From the human T2T-CHM13v2.0 reference genome, Homo sapiens: a DNA stretch of 64,000 nucleotides. The notes beneath the pieces are model-generated. The model saw only the letters and a list, made by a program, of their open reading frames with translations. It made no database searches and was not told where the DNA came from. The stretch lies in NCBI RefSeq assembly GCF_009914755.1, contig NC_060940.1; one strand, written 5' to 3'. Shown here piece after piece: positions 13,380 through 28,083 of this stretch. Both the position numbers and the translations under genes were made by a program. Numbering within the stretch: position 1 is the first letter of the stretch; each line of letters begins with the position of its first letter.

Positions 13380-15670
13380 GAAATGAAGGGGAAAAATAAT
13401 GAGCAGAAATTAATAATAAAAGTCAAACATAGCATGGAGAGAACGAACACCACCAATAGTTGATTCTTTGACAAGAATAATAAAATGGATAAATTCTTGG
13501 CAACACAGTTTAAGAGAACATGAGCTAAAATGTATTACTAGCTATTAAGAAACTAATAAGGATCATAACAATGTACTCTGTTCATTTCAGAGGTGACTAA
13601 GAGGGCATTATTATTGAACACTTAGGTTCAGTGGACACTTGCCCATACAAATGCAACTTACCAAATTGACACAAGAAGAACTAGAATACATGAATAGTGC
13701 CTTATCTAATAAAGGCCTTTAATGCAAAATTTAAAAAATAATACAGGATCATAAGGTTTTTAACATTTGAATATTAGTTTAATTATCCACATTGTCAGAT
13801 TATGAGAAAAAATAATATGATTATCTGGGTAAATGCTTGATAAAATGTGATAGTCACAAAACATAGAAACATTTTTGAAGTGAAGTAGATTTTTCTTTAT
13901 TTGATAAAGTAGATCTACAAAAAAACTGTTACAAACACAATTTATAGTACTGTATTTAACATTTGCTCCACAAGATTGGGAATAGCACAAGGATTCTTGG
14001 TGTTGTCATTTCTATTCTATATTGTACTGGATAGTCTCAGCCAGTGCAATAACTCAAGAGAAAGAAATAAAAGGCATACAAATGAGAAAGAAGTAAAATT
14101 GTTATTATTCACAGGTAATATGATTGGGTATGTTGAAAACCCAAACTTATATATAGATAGATTATTAGAAATTTTAAGTAAATTTGGCACGGTTCCTGGA
14201 TAAAATGTCAATTTAAAAAATTGTGTTTATATCAGTAGCAATGAATTAGTAAATAAAAATCTAAAAATATTGATAATAAAAGAAAAACACATCAAGTACC
14301 AGAATAAATCTAGTAAAGCATACATAAGACATCTAAATGAAAATTATAAAACATTTATAAAAGCAATTATAGAATGCCAAAATGAATGATGGACTATATC
14401 ATGACAAGGGATTGGAAGAGTCCATATTGTAAAACGGTATTTTCTAAAAATTAATTTGAGATGTATAGATTTAATCAACTTACCCTCAACATTATTGGTA
14501 GAATTGGACAGGTTGATTTTAAAATTTAGCCAGAATTGCAAAGGACTGTGAATAGTCAGGAGAGTTTTGAAGAACAAAGTTGGAGGAGTTACTCTAATCA
14601 AATGACAATAGTATTGATAATGGTGCTCTAATTCAATGTGGTATTGGTGCAAGTATAGACAACTACATTACTGGAATAGAGTCCAAAAATGAACCTACAC
14701 TTATGTGGATAATAGATTAATGACAAAGCTTGCACTTTGCAGTGACAAAGTCTTTTCCAAAGATGACATTGGGTTGATTGGATGCCCAAATGGATAAAAG
14801 TTGATCTTTATGACACATCATGATCCAAAATCAATTTCAGAGGGATCATGGGTCTTAATATGAAAGTGCAAACAATAATGTCTTTAGAATAGATTACATG
14901 GAAATATCTTTTTGAACCTGGATAGAAAAATTTTCTATATACTGACACAGAAACACCAACTATAAAGAAAATGAATTATACATTGAGTACATTAAAACAG
15001 AGTGTTTAGCCAATAATACCATTAAAAATAGTGAATATCAAGTCATACAGTGGGCAGAGGTATTTATAACACATATAATCTTAAAAGATTCATATCTGGA
15101 ATATAAAGGATTCCTACAAATCAATAAAAACATAATGCAATAAGAAAAAAATGGGTACAAGACTTGAACAAGCACTTCCAATGAAAAGACATCTCAATAA
15201 CCATTAATATAAGGAAAGGTCTTGGACTCATTAGTCATCAGAGAAATTCAAATTAAAATCATATGCAATACCCACCCTAATAACTAAAATGAAAATATGG
15301 ATAATACCAAATAAGATGATGTGGATAAATTTAAACTCTACTTTTGATGGGAGTGAAATAGATTTGAAAAAGCATTTAGCCTTTTCTACTAAATTTGAAC
15401 ATATGTGTACCCAATTACCTAAGAATTTCACTAGTGGTTAGACAGTCAACCAAAATGTTTATATATATGTCAAACACACATGCACACACATGTTTAAGAG
15501 CACATTACCTGAATAGCCCAAACTGGAAACAACCCGTACATCCATCAACTGTAAAATTGACAGAAAAAAACATTGTGGTATATTCATATCTTCTAATACT
15601 GCATAAACGGAAAGGGATGAGCTATAGTTATATGCAACAAGATGTGTAAATATTACAAACAAAATGCTAA
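13380..15670 (+). mobile_element. Ancient L1M (L1ME/MD-like) ORF2 and 3' region
   Basis: ttgattctttgacaagaataataaaatggataaa, gaagtaaaattgttattattcacaggtaatatgatt, cattagtcatcagagaaattcaaattaaa and atagcccaaactggaaacaaccc in collinear order. Confidence 0.85.
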
Positions 15671-16792
15671 AGAAGTTTACCTTGTTATTAGTTTGTTATT
15701 AATTTGCCTTATTATTCCTTTTGGCAGGTGGTTTAGAAAGTCTTTGTTCAGATACCATTAGCATTATCGGCCCAGAGGGGGCTGTGTTCTCTGTGCTGTT
15801 TCTATATCACCATGTAATTTGGGGGATTTGTATTTTACCTTAAAAATTTATTTACCAATTCCTATTTTGAAGAGCATGAATTTGCAGTTATGTAAATAAT
15901 TTTAGAAGTGACATCAAAATGTATTTGTAGGAGAGCTATTAGTACTTTTGAGGCAAATATTTATATTTTATAATCTAGCGTTTGTACTTTCTTATCTGAG
16001 CTGCATCATTGTTAGATGAAACATGAGGAGATGGCCAAAGATTCAGAGAACAATTGTTTTCACAATTATGTTTTATTTAATGAGGATAAAGATTTCTTTA
16101 GCTCATCAGATCATCTTTGGTGACAGAACCAGGATAAATGGCTGAAGAAATAGTTTATAAACAGACCTTGAAACGGAATATGTTTCTCACCCAGAAAAAC
16201 CACATGATATTAGTTGTATATCCTTATTGTGGTTTCCTTAGCCCTGGTATTATCCAGTGGTAAACTCTTCAATTTGTTTTGAGGGAAAATTTCTCCTGTG
16301 AAAGTATTTCTGTAGTGATGAAAAAATGTTCTGACCTCTGCCTGAGGATGGCTTGCCCCAAAGAAGGACATTATGACATTTTGACAATGAACTCTGAACA
16401 AAACTTGCTAAGTTTTTTTTTTTTTAAGCAATTGCTAAGGGGTTCTGAAACCATGTTCTCAAGTGGAAAATGAGACTATTTTTGGTATGTTAGAAAAATA
16501 ACAGGTAGCTTAACTGATGCTGCTTTTATGCTCTAAAGAATGTTACTTATGGTGGCTACTTGGCTAAAAGCACACACAAAACATGTTCTCACCTTGCTCT
16601 CCCTGCTCTTTAATGCAGAATTCGGTACTTATCAAAGCCATCAATGCTTCATACCTTGGCTCAAGATCCCATAACACATAGTAAAACTTCATAGCATTTT
16701 ACAGCCGAGGAAAACCGCAAAGTTTTACTCAATAATTCATTTCCAATGATTAGAAATTAAATCTCTTCCCTTATTTAAAAGTAATCATTGGA

Positions 16793-17155
<363 letters not shown>

Positions 17156-17492
17156 TTAGGGTCCTAATAGCAAAAAGGATTGCTAAGTGCAGCACTACGT
17201 TAGACATTAGTTTTGACTTGGGGTTAGATCCAGTTATGAGATTTCTCAGCACCATTTCCTAAAACCAGAATTGAGCCTGAGATCATTAGGTAGGCCGAGT
17301 GGCTGATGGTAAGTATGATGCTTTGTCTCATACTCGGAAAATAAGGAAGATCCTGGGCGAGCATGCATGTGGCTTGCCCACTCCCTGGTGTGAGGACTCT
17401 GTTACCTATACCAAGACAGGGGAAGAGGCATGAGCTCCATCTAGAAAATATATTTGCGATAGCTGCCAATGGTCTGCATTTCAGAAAAAGTC

Positions 17493-17603
17493 TTTCTACT
17501 CACTTGTGTTTTAATTTTTATATGTTATACTGTGCAGTATAATTTATCCAAATTGGATGCATTGGTAAAAATAAATACATTTGATATTCCTGATACTCTT
17601 ACT
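17493..17603 (+). repeat. Local duplication, copy A (direct copy at 21522-21630)
   Basis: Hand alignment gives ~12 substitutions plus one 2-nt indel over ~110 bp. The ORF track shows the related peptides CYTVQYNLSKLDALVK and CYIVQYNLTRLDALVK. Confidence 0.93.
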
Positions 17604-18088
17604 ACTACTACTAAATACAAATGTAGACAAGATGAATCTGCCTGGGTAAATCTTGATTGAAGGGTGAGTAGTAGTTATGTATCCAAGACCATAATTATTA
17701 GCAACTCTATCTGGTTGCCCTTTATCCATATACCCTTCCTTTCCGAAAATATTTTTCAGCAGTAGAACATAGTGAATAGAGCTGATTGTTCTATAGGAAG
17801 CACATAAAAGAAGAGAGTTAACGGGAGTAGGAAGGCAGACACATTGTTATTGGGAAATTGAATAATAAAAATAGGCATTTGGATAATTGCAACAGATGGG
17901 CTTGACATGAAACAGAAAAGCACCAGTGTAGAGAATGCTGCATTTTTGAAAACAGTAGCTAGAACTGTATTTATTTATCTAAAATATCTCATTTACATGT
18001 AAGCAGACACAGGTGCACCAAAGTTCATTTTCCAATACTGTACTTACAATAGTCTAATTTATGTGGGTATTTAAAAATAAACACAGCT

Positions 18089-18400
18089 GGCTGGGTGTGG
18101 TGTCTCACAGCTGTAATCCCACCACTTTGGGAGGCTGAGGCTGGTGGAATACCTGAGGTCGGGAGTCTGAGACCAGCCTGGTCAACTTGGTGAAACCCCA
18201 TCTCCATTAAAAACAGAAAAAATTAGCTGGGCGTGGTGGTGGGCTCCTGTAGTCCCAGCTGTCTGGAGGCTGAGGCAGGAGAATTGCTTGAACCTAGGAG
18301 GCAGAGGCTGCAGTGAGCCAAGATTGCACCACTGCACTCCAGCCTGGGCGACAGAGTGAAAGTCCATCTCAAAAAACAAACAACAACAACAAAAGCAACA
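18089..18400 (+). mobile_element. AluSx-like
   Basis: Full dimer, (CAA)n tail, TSD ~aaacac(a/t)gct. Confidence 0.96.
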
Positions 18401-18504
18401 AAAACACTGCTATAAAAAATAGAATATGACAAATATGTGGTAAACAATCATTGCAAAACAGTTGATAAATGTATGGAGAATTGTATTCCTTCAAAAGTTC
18501 ACAA

Positions 18505-18555
18505 ATATGTATGTGTATATATATGTGTGTGTGTATATATATACGTATATATATA

Positions 18556-18608
<53 letters not shown>

Positions 18609-18610
18609 AC
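18505..18610. repeat. (TA)n/(TG)n compound microsatellite
   Basis: Direct reading. Confidence 0.97.
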
Positions 18611-18895
18611 ATAATATTTATCTTACCTAAATATAAAACTTCAGTGGCAAAGATCTTCAATGTTTGTGTCTAAGATGCCCTAGATTTTGTAGAACTAGTC
18701 AGTGGGTTTAGTTTTGTTATTGCAAAATCTGCTTGTCTCTGGCCCACTCTTTATGTTTATTTCTTGCTGACCATGTTCTAGGTTTTGGTTTGGTCCATGT
18801 ATTGGCCTTTCTTTTCTATTTATTTCTTCCTAAAGCCTTGTCTGGCTCTGAGCCATTTCTGTCTCATCTCTGCTGCAGGATAACTTATGAATCTG

Positions 18896-19031
18896 TCCTC
18901 TTGTTCAGTCCTGATTCTTTGGAGGATCACTGTAGAGGGTCAGCTTGGCACGCAAGGCATGAGAAGGTTTCTAAAAATGTTTGTTGCTTGTCAGGTGAAG
19001 ATGGAACTTGACTTTCTTAGGACATTTACTT
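18896..19031 (+). repeat. Local duplication, copy C (inverted copy at 20647-20781)
   Basis: The reverse complement of 20647-20781 aligns with ~15 substitutions plus one indel over ~136 bp. Confidence 0.93.
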
Positions 19032-19157
19032 TTGGTTTTTCTCAGCTGTCTGTGGTTATATTATGCATGAACAGACAAGCTGCAGGGAGACGTGAGTAAT
19101 ATGGACACCTGTGAAGAGCCTGGTGTTCAAGGCCTCTTCCACATACCATATGGTAGC

Positions 19158-19669
19158 TGTGATGGTTAATTTGATGTGTCAACTTGACCGGACTGAGGGA
19201 TGCCAAGATGACTAGTAAAAGATAATATCTGGGTGTGTCTATGAGGGCATTTCCAGAAAAGATTAGCATTTGAGTGGACAGACTGAGTGAAGATCAACCT
19301 CACCAGTGCAGCCGGGTATCATCTAATCCATAGAGGGCCTGGCAGAAGAAAAGACAGAGGAAGAGTGAATTTGTTCTTTGCTTGAGCTGACACGTCTGTT
19401 TTCTCCTATCCTCAGACATTAGTGCTCCTGGTTTTAAGGCCCTTAGACTAGGGTTGGGACTTATATTATTGGTTCCCTTGGTTCTTGGGTCTTTGGGTTT
19501 GGACTGGAACTACACCACTAGGTTTCCTGGGCCTCCAGCTCGTGAACAGCAGATAGAGGGACTCACTAGCCTCCATAATCACCTGCGCCAATCACTCACA
19601 ATAAATTTCTTTCTGCATGTCTGAAGATATCCTATTGGTTCTGTTTTTTTGGAGAACCCTGACTCTATA
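19158..19669 (+). mobile_element. MLT2 (ERVL) solo LTR
   Basis: tgtgatggttaatttgatgtgtcaacttgac start; cctattggttctgttt...ggagaaccctgact end. Confidence 0.93.
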
Positions 19670-19808
19670 GTCAGTTTTCATACCTTTCTTTTTTAAAAAT
19701 TGAGTCATTGATAAGAAAGAGGATTCAGTCACCATGAAAACATTACCCCTGCACTATTTCACTTCTCACGTGCTTTGGCATCACATGGGGATTAAAGGTG
19801 AGAGTACA

Positions 19809-20106
<298 letters not shown>

Positions 20107-20646
20107 TAGGTGAGAATACAAAAGAATATAATGATGACTCATTACCTGCTATGGTTCACAGATGCCGTAATAGATTATCTGCTTCCTCCTGTGCTGTTCT
20201 CACCATATTAGACAAACCTGGCAATGCTGGACCCTTAACATCAGCCTGAGAGTGAAGTTATCCATCTTCAGCATCAAGGTCAGGTTTATGAAAGGGTGGT
20301 GTATTGTGATTTGTGTGACTCTCTCTCATCATCCCAGTTTGTGAGACTGGGAATATATTTACAAATGGTTCAGATCTTTCTTTTGCTAATCCATGCAACA
20401 AAATAGCTTAAGCATCTATTATGCATCAGGCACTGTGTTGTTCCCATATTCCAGTTGAGGAGACAAATACTTAAAACAGTTGTGATACCTTCTAAGTGCT
20501 ATAAAGGAAGCAAATGGTTGAAATAGAGAACAGATTTGCAAAAGAAGCCTCCATTAGATGAGAGGATCAGGAAAGACTTCATATGACTGATATGGAGATA
20601 AAAATAAAGAATAAAAGGAATCTAATCTTTTAAATTAAATCTCACC

Positions 20647-20781
20647 AAGTAAATGTCCTAAGAAAGTCAAGTTCATCTTCACCTGACAAGCAACAAGCAT
20701 TTTAAGAAAACTTCTCAGGCCTTAGTTGCCAAATTGACCCTCTATAATGACCCTCCAAAGAATAAGGACCGAACGAGAGGA
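20647..20781 (-). repeat. Inverted copy of 18896-19031
   Basis: aagtaaatgtcctaagaaagtcaagttcatcttcacctgacaagcaacaa... is the reverse complement of the 18.9-19.0 kb sequence. Confidence 0.93.
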
Positions 20782-20796
20782 AAATGGAAGAGTCAA

Positions 20797-21140
<344 letters not shown>

Positions 21141-21521
21141 TCAACATATTAAAGAAAAGCAGTGCTTCAGAGCAGCTGTGGTCGTGAGGAAGAGGAATCC
21201 AAGCGATGTCAGAGCACAGTCAGGGCTTGGTCATACAGGGAGGGGTTTACATTCTGTACAATGGGAAGCAATTAGAGTGTCTTAAAGAGGAAAGGACAAC
21301 TTTCAAATTATTTTTGCTGAAGTGTGGAGAATAGATTGAAGGGGGCAAAAAAGAAGCAGAAAAACCAGTTACAAAGATATTATAGTAGTTCGGGCAAGGT
21401 AGGATGATGGCCAGAAAATAAGGTGGTGGCCGTAAAGATGGAGATCCAATTATAGAGATTCAAGGTATACTTTGATAATACAGTAAATTTTACCTGTAGA
21501 AAGATTGTTTTGCAATTTGTG

Positions 21522-21630
21522 TTTCTACTCACTTGTGTTTTAATTTTTGTGTTATATTGTACAATATAATTTAACCAGATTGGATGCATTGGTAAAAACA
21601 ATTACTTTTGGTGTTCCTGATACTATTACT
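21522..21630 (+). repeat. Direct copy of 17493-17603
   Basis: See copy A. Confidence 0.93.
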
Positions 21631-21759
21631 GTAAAACACAGAGAGGTTCCTGACTTCAGCAAATCTGTGGATGGAGTGGCATTTATTCTCCCAGAGATTA
21701 GAAAGGAAACAGATCTTGGAAGTGTGATAGAACTGCTAATTTTTCCCTCAATTCTAGTT

Positions 21760-22180
21760 GCTCCAGTAATAGAAGGCCATCATCTTAGCTTGGTGCATGG
21801 CCACCAAAAAGAGAGATTACATTTTCCAAACTTTTTTGTAGTTACGTCTGGCCAGGTTACTGTGCTCTGAAGCATGGAATGTGGAGGTGCTATGTGAAAC
21901 TTCCTGTTAAGTGTTCTTAAGGAGAAAAGATTTATCTTTTCTATATTCCTTTCTTCAGCCAAGATGGCTGAAACTGGAGCCGCCATCTTGGGCTGTGAAG
22001 GGGGAATCATCTACTAAGTGTGTTAGAGCATCAAGCTAAGAGTTATCAGCACTCCAGCCTTGAACTGCTTGTCTTCACACTTTACTGATATGAAAAAAGG
22101 AATATTCTTCTGTCTTTTTAAAGCAACAGTCGTTTGTCTTTTTTTGCCACTCAGGTATGACCCTAAAACTATCTGATAAA
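21760..22180 (+). mobile_element. Ancient ERVL/MaLR LTR (LTR33/MLT1J-K-like)
   Basis: agattacattttccaaac...gccaggttact...gatggctgaaactggagccgccatcttg...tcttttaaagcaac. Confidence 0.6.
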
Positions 22181-22202
22181 AGAAGTCACATCAAGATGCT
22201 TT

Positions 22203-22290
22203 CTTAGAGACAGGATCTTGCTAGGCTAGCTTTAAACTCCTGGGCTCAAGAGATCCTCCCCCTTCAGCCTCCTGAGTAGCTGAGACTACC
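22203..22290 (-). mobile_element. FLAM/Alu monomer fragment
   Basis: gagacaggatcttgct...aactcctgggctcaagagatcctcc...agtagctgagactac. Confidence 0.8.
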
Positions 22291-22854
22291 TAGCTTGTAG
22301 GCCAGCCTAGCAAGATCAAGTCTCTAAGAAAAAAAAGTCACATTATATTAAGGTTGCAAGAGCTGTTAGAGTTCCATGTGATGTGGAGACATGGCCATGA
22401 GACCCGCCACAAAATTATGGTGTTAAATTCATGAGAATGCGTAAGTTAAACTAGGGAGGGGAGGGAAGAGCATTCAGCAGAGATTCCTGAGTAATTCCAA
22501 CAATCCAAGGTGGAACACAGGAGGAAGGATTGGATACTAAGAAGGAATACCTTACCATGTAGGATAGAAAACAGAGTTGTATCACAAAGTTCAAGGGAGG
22601 GTTTAAAAAATAAGAGATTCATTTACTTGAATTCTGCTGAGATACCAGCTACACTGAGGAGCAAGAAGTGACCACTGGGTTTGCTGTTATAGAGGTCACT
22701 GGTGATCCTGACAAGAATGGTGTCTGTTGAGAAGTGAGGATGCTGGCCTGACTAGGGTGGGTTAGAGGTTAGGAACTGGGGGAATTTTTAGAGATAATTC
22801 TGTTGAGATGTTTTGCTTTGAAGGGAATCAAAGAAACGAAGCATAAGCTATCAA

Positions 22855-23225
22855 GTATATGGGCAAATCTGTATCTGTATCTCCAAAGTTCATATGGTGA
22901 AGTCTTAACCCCCAATGTGATGGCGTTAGATGGTGGGGTCTTTCAGAGGTAACTAGGTCATGAGAATGGAGTCCTTATGAATGGAGTTAGTGATCTTATG
23001 AGCAGAGGCCCAAGAACTAACTAGTTTTCTTTTTACCATGTGAGGATAAATGGGAAGATGGCAGCCTGCAATCCAGGTAGCCTGGTGGGGTCTCACAAGA
23101 ACCTGACCATGCTGGCATGCTAACGTGACACTCTAGCCTCCAGAACTGCGAAAAATGAATTTCTGTTGTTTATAAACCACCCGGTCTATGGTACTTTGTT
23201 ACAGCTGCCCAAAACTGACTAAGAC
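22855..23225 (+). mobile_element. MLT1A-like MaLR LTR
   Basis: gaagtcttaacccccaatgtgatggcgttag...ccagaactgcgaaaaatgaatttctgttgtttataa...ctgactaagac. Confidence 0.88.
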
Positions 23226-24253
23226 TGTTACTAAAGATAGTTTCTACTACTATGCTTACTTGAAATAAAAATGCATTATTTTTAAATGGTTAGATGAACA
23301 TTAATGTTTAAATTAACACTTTGTAATTGGGCGGAAGCAAACCAATAGAACTTTAATGAACAAAATAGTAGAGGCTCAGTTTTGATTTCCTAAAATTAAA
23401 CATGGATTTTTATTTTAGCACTTCTTTTAGTCAATAGCTACAGTCACAGATCACCCTGTGTTTGTGGTATGTGTTTTATCATTGAGATAGTGATAGTAAA
23501 TTAAAACTAAAATTAAATATATTCATTCTAATCTAATTTTCACACTTTTTTTTTCTTAGCTTTCTAAAGTAATTTCGGAGAGGAAATTAGTACTGATACT
23601 ATGTCGAGCAAGGAAAATTACCAGATCTATGTGTAATGTGGGGAGAGGCATTTGAGGGAATGTTTATCTTTATATTACTTTAAAATTTATTTGATCCATT
23701 CAAAAAGTCATTTGCCCAGTAGATGTGAAGAATAGGGATTACATTTCCTCAGGATTAGTAGACAGGCATTTTGTAAAGATGCATAAGATTTTGAATCTGT
23801 TTTCACTCATCTTCTTCTCCCACGCCACAAGTCAGATGTCACAGAAAAGGAAAAAAAAAATTTTTTGAAGTAGTTATTTGATTTGCTTTACAGTCACAAT
23901 TCCAAAATTAGTCCAATATAAAAATTAGAGAGTCAGGATTTGAACCAGATCTGTGTGTCTGTGTAAAGTCTATGCATGATTTTCTTGCCACAAGAAAGTG
24001 TGTCTCCCTATAGATCATGCAGTTTTACACCTCCGTGTCTTGATGTTCTAAACTTTGCCTTCTGCTTGCCTGCAGAAACATTCTTCTCCTAGTCTGCTGA
24101 ATCTCCATTTTTAGGCTTCCAGGGTCCACGCATGTCTTGAATGTAATTTTATCCACAGGAGCTTCCCTTCTCTGGGCTGCGTGAACAGTGCTTGGGTGAT
24201 CCTGCTAGTGTGTTGCCCTTTGCCACATGACCTGTTAATGGGGACCCTGAGTG

Positions 24254-24254
<1 letters not shown>

Positions 24255-24287
<33 letters not shown>

Positions 24288-24290
24288 TAC
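24255..24290 (+). repeat. (CA)n microsatellite
   Basis: Direct reading. Confidence 0.97.
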
Positions 24291-24750
24291 AAACACAGAT
24301 ACACATAGAGTTCAATTTTGCGTTAGAATGCAAATTGTAAAACAAAGTATTTGATATAGAAATAGTCTTTATTAAAACTTAAAGAACCTACCTAAGCCTT
24401 GATAGGACATATCATTTTTCATAATTCTATAAGTAAAACCATAATATAGTAATTTGATTCTATTGACAGTAGAAGATCAAGGCAGGTTTTCTGGGGGGTA
24501 GGCGCAAAAACTATTTGAGAGAAACTACTACATTTTCATATCTGTGATACACAGATAAAAAAAGAATAAGCACATTTGGAATCAAAATGTCACATTCATG
24601 AGGAATACCAAACAGGACTCTCAGAACTTCGCAAATATGAACATAATTTTACAAATTGCTGGTTCTAGACTGAGTCATCTATGTAATTGAGATTCACGAA
24701 TTGCATTCTATATGATAGTCACAAATAACTGCTTCGAGGTGTTTGTTTCA

Positions 24751-25689
24751 TATTCGCAAACTACACATCCAAAAAAGGCCTAATATCCGGAACCTATAAG
24801 GAACTTAAACAAATCAACAAGCAAAAGCCAAATAACCCCATTAAAAAGTGGGCAAAAGATATGAACAGACACTTCCCAAAAGAAGACATGCAAGCGGTGA
24901 ACAAACAGATGAAAAAATGCTCATCACTAATCATCAAAGAAATGCAAATCAAAACCGCAATGAGAGACCATCTCGCACCAGTCAGAATGGCTTTTCTTAA
25001 AAAGTCAAAAGATAACAGATGTTGGTGGGGCTGTGGAGAAAAGTGAATGCTTATACACTGTTGGTGGAATGTAAAGTAGTTCAGCCACTGTGGAGAGCAG
25101 TTTGGAGATTTCTCAAAGAACTAAGAGTTGACCTACCATTCAACCCAGCAATTCAATTCTTGTGTAAATATCCAAAGAAAAATAAGTTGTTCTTTGAAAA
25201 AGATACATGTACTCGTATGTTCATTACAGTACTACTCACTGTAGCAAAGACATGGAACCAAACCAGGTGCCCATCAGTGGTGGATGGGATAAAGAAAGCA
25301 TGGTACATATACACCGTGGAATACTATGTAGCCATAAAAATAATACAATTATGTCCTTTGCAGCAACATGGATGCAGCTAGAGGCCATTATCCTAAGTGA
25401 ATTAACACAAAAACAGAAAAACAAATACTGCGTGTTCTCACTTATAAGTAGGAGCTAACCATTGGGTAAACATGGACATAAAGATGGGAACAACAGACAG
25501 TGGGTAATACAAGAGGAGGGACAGAGAGAGGGAGGCAGGGCTAAAAAACTACCTATTGGGTACTATGCTCACTTCCTGGGTAATGGGTTCGATGGTACTC
25601 GAAACCCCAGTATAACACGGTATACCTTTGTAACAAACATACACATGCACTCCTGGAATCTAAAATAAAAGTTGAAAAGGGAAAAAAAA
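24751..25689 (+). mobile_element. L1PA15-17-like 3' end
   Basis: ORF2p C-terminal frames ([11 protein letters not shown]..., [17 protein letters not shown]...) and 3' UTR actacctattgggtactatgctcac...ctaaaataaaagttgaa. Confidence 0.93.
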
Positions 25690-27577
25690 TGTTACTTTCA
25701 CTGTCTCTCTTACTTGGCTATCATCTTTCAAATGAAGCAACAAACTTTTAATGATTTCAAAAGACACTTATGAATTCAGTGATGAATAGGGGATGACCCA
25801 TTTCTTCATGTTCAAGGGGTATGCAACTCAACAAAATTACAAATCACTGCTTGCCATGGTCTTGTGGCTCCCACATAAGTAGTGGTTATCATGGGTATTG
25901 AATTCGTAAATTTCACAGCATTATTGTTTGCCCTTTACCTAATTGTGACTCTACAGCCGGTGAGTCCAGAGAAAGCCTTGGAACTTGAAGTACTTCTTTT
26001 ATGTGAGAGAATTGAGAACCAAATACACAGTGTGTGTTTCACCTCAAAGTTAAATTAGAGATTTTTAATAAAAATAACTTATAGTTGTAATACTATCCTA
26101 TTGTGACAGGAACTTGGAGTTAATGCTACTGCATATGTTGGGAAAAAGAGAGGTTTATTGTTGCCTAAAGCGTCAGAAATAAATTTAGAGCAATCTCAAA
26201 GGAGGACTCTTCCATGAATGACCTGCTCTCTTTTGTACTCTTTTCTGTTGCTATTTCAAGACACTATTTTGTTATTACTAAGAACCAGTCCAAATGTGAT
26301 CAACAGAGGTTTCTCGAGAGAGTGTTGGTGTGCTTTTTGTCTTTGGAATTGTTCAGTTTATCTTTAACTTTAAACTGTCTCTGAGTAATTAGCTTGATTT
26401 GATGCTTTAACAGAAAGTAATCCTCAAAACTCTTAATAGAAAAACTGATAACAGAAAAAAGGAAAGATAATGAAAAATTGCTGTTTTCTCATTTTTAGAG
26501 TACTAAAATGATAAATTTTTACTTACTCATAAAGTTGTTATCTGTCTATAGGATACATATAGAGATATGGAAATAAACAAAAAAAGAAAATTTAACAATA
26601 ACAATAAGGCTTAAGCCCTAGTATAGTTTTATATGCACTGAAAAATATGCTGTTGTGGCTTATGGGCTGTTAAAAGTAATTTTATTCTTGCTTATTCTTA
26701 CCATGTCAACAATTGTGCTAACTGCACCTTGTGTATACATCTGATAAGAGGTAGAAATATTAATTTATGAATTATCACAATGAAACTGATGGGTTTTTTA
26801 GTAATAGAATTATTCTTAAAGTCATATAAGACAAAACAAAATTTATTTTTGTTGCCCTTTTAAATAATTTATTATTCAGATAAAGGTTTATGGTATTGGT
26901 TTTGGAGAAGTCAACAGTTTGAATCACCCCTCCACCCTCGCCAAGGTTTGCCAACTCCTCCCTGGGGGTTGACCAGTCTTTAGAGCTGGAAACCATCTTG
27001 TTCAGTGCTTTTCCAAGGCTCTTATCGGAGTTCTAGGAGATGTGTGGCTCCTCAAAGTCCCTTGGTGAGCTGAGGGCACAAGGACATGACTTGATATTGC
27101 TCATAGGCCATCGACCATGACACCATTTAAGTAATTGATTTGTTTACAGTCTGGGTAAATTATTATTTATTTAACGAAAGTTTCCACAGAAAAATAGATT
27201 TTGAGAAGTGTTAATCTAGTCCAAAACTTTAAATGTACACAATACATCCCCAGTTATAAGCCAGTATATGGCGGAATCAGGACCAGATATTGATTTGCAT
27301 ACTTGTTTTATCCGTCTTCCCCTTATTTCCTCCCCCTCCCTCCCTTCCTTCTTTCCTTTCTTTCTGGCATTCATTCACCGAATATTAGATAAACACATCT
27401 TGTTTGACAGGTACATTGCTTGCCAGAGAAAGCGCTGAGATTTCTTGCGAAAAGACACACCATAAACAAATAATCACAAAACAATATGATGAATACTATA
27501 ACAAAATATGAAAAAGAGATCTGGAGCACACAGATGACTAGATTACTGTAAGATGAGCAATAACTTTTTCCCACTCA

Positions 27578-27673
27578 CAGTACGATGGTTAAGCATTTGA
27601 ACTCTGCAATCAGATTTGCTTTTGAATCTCTTCACTGCTGATTAGCTGTGTGACCTTTGCTAAGTTCCTTAAC
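27578..27673 (+). mobile_element. MIR fragment
   Basis: atggttaagcatttgaactctgcaatcag...ttagctgtgtgacctttgctaagttccttaac. Confidence 0.8.
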
Positions 27674-28083
27674 GTGGATTGATTCATAAGTTTTAGAGAA
27701 GGGACATGTAATCAGACAAGCACTACCTCTTCTCTCTACTTATAAATCCATGGGATGTCTGTTTACCTACTATCTTTTTGCAAGAGAAGAGCATAGCGTT
27801 CCCTTCTAAGGCTAACTCCTTTACTAGAGCTCTGGATTTCATCCCTTGTACGAACTGAAAAATGGTGTCCCTTCATTTATTCATTATTCATTTATGAATG
27901 GTGCCCCATTCATTTGCTGCATCTCTTCTTTCTGCCTTTCTTTGGGTTTATTCCTGTTAACAAAAATGCCTTAACGGTATCCATGTTAAAATCCCTTAAA
28001 TCCACATCTTTCTCCAGCTACTGATGATTTCTCTGCTCCTCCTCCCAGCAGTATTTCTTAAAATATTGCTTAAAATATATACT

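Noticed and set aside
18369-18673. YI/VY-repeat ORFs
   Set aside because: Translation of a (TA)n/(TG)n microsatellite.
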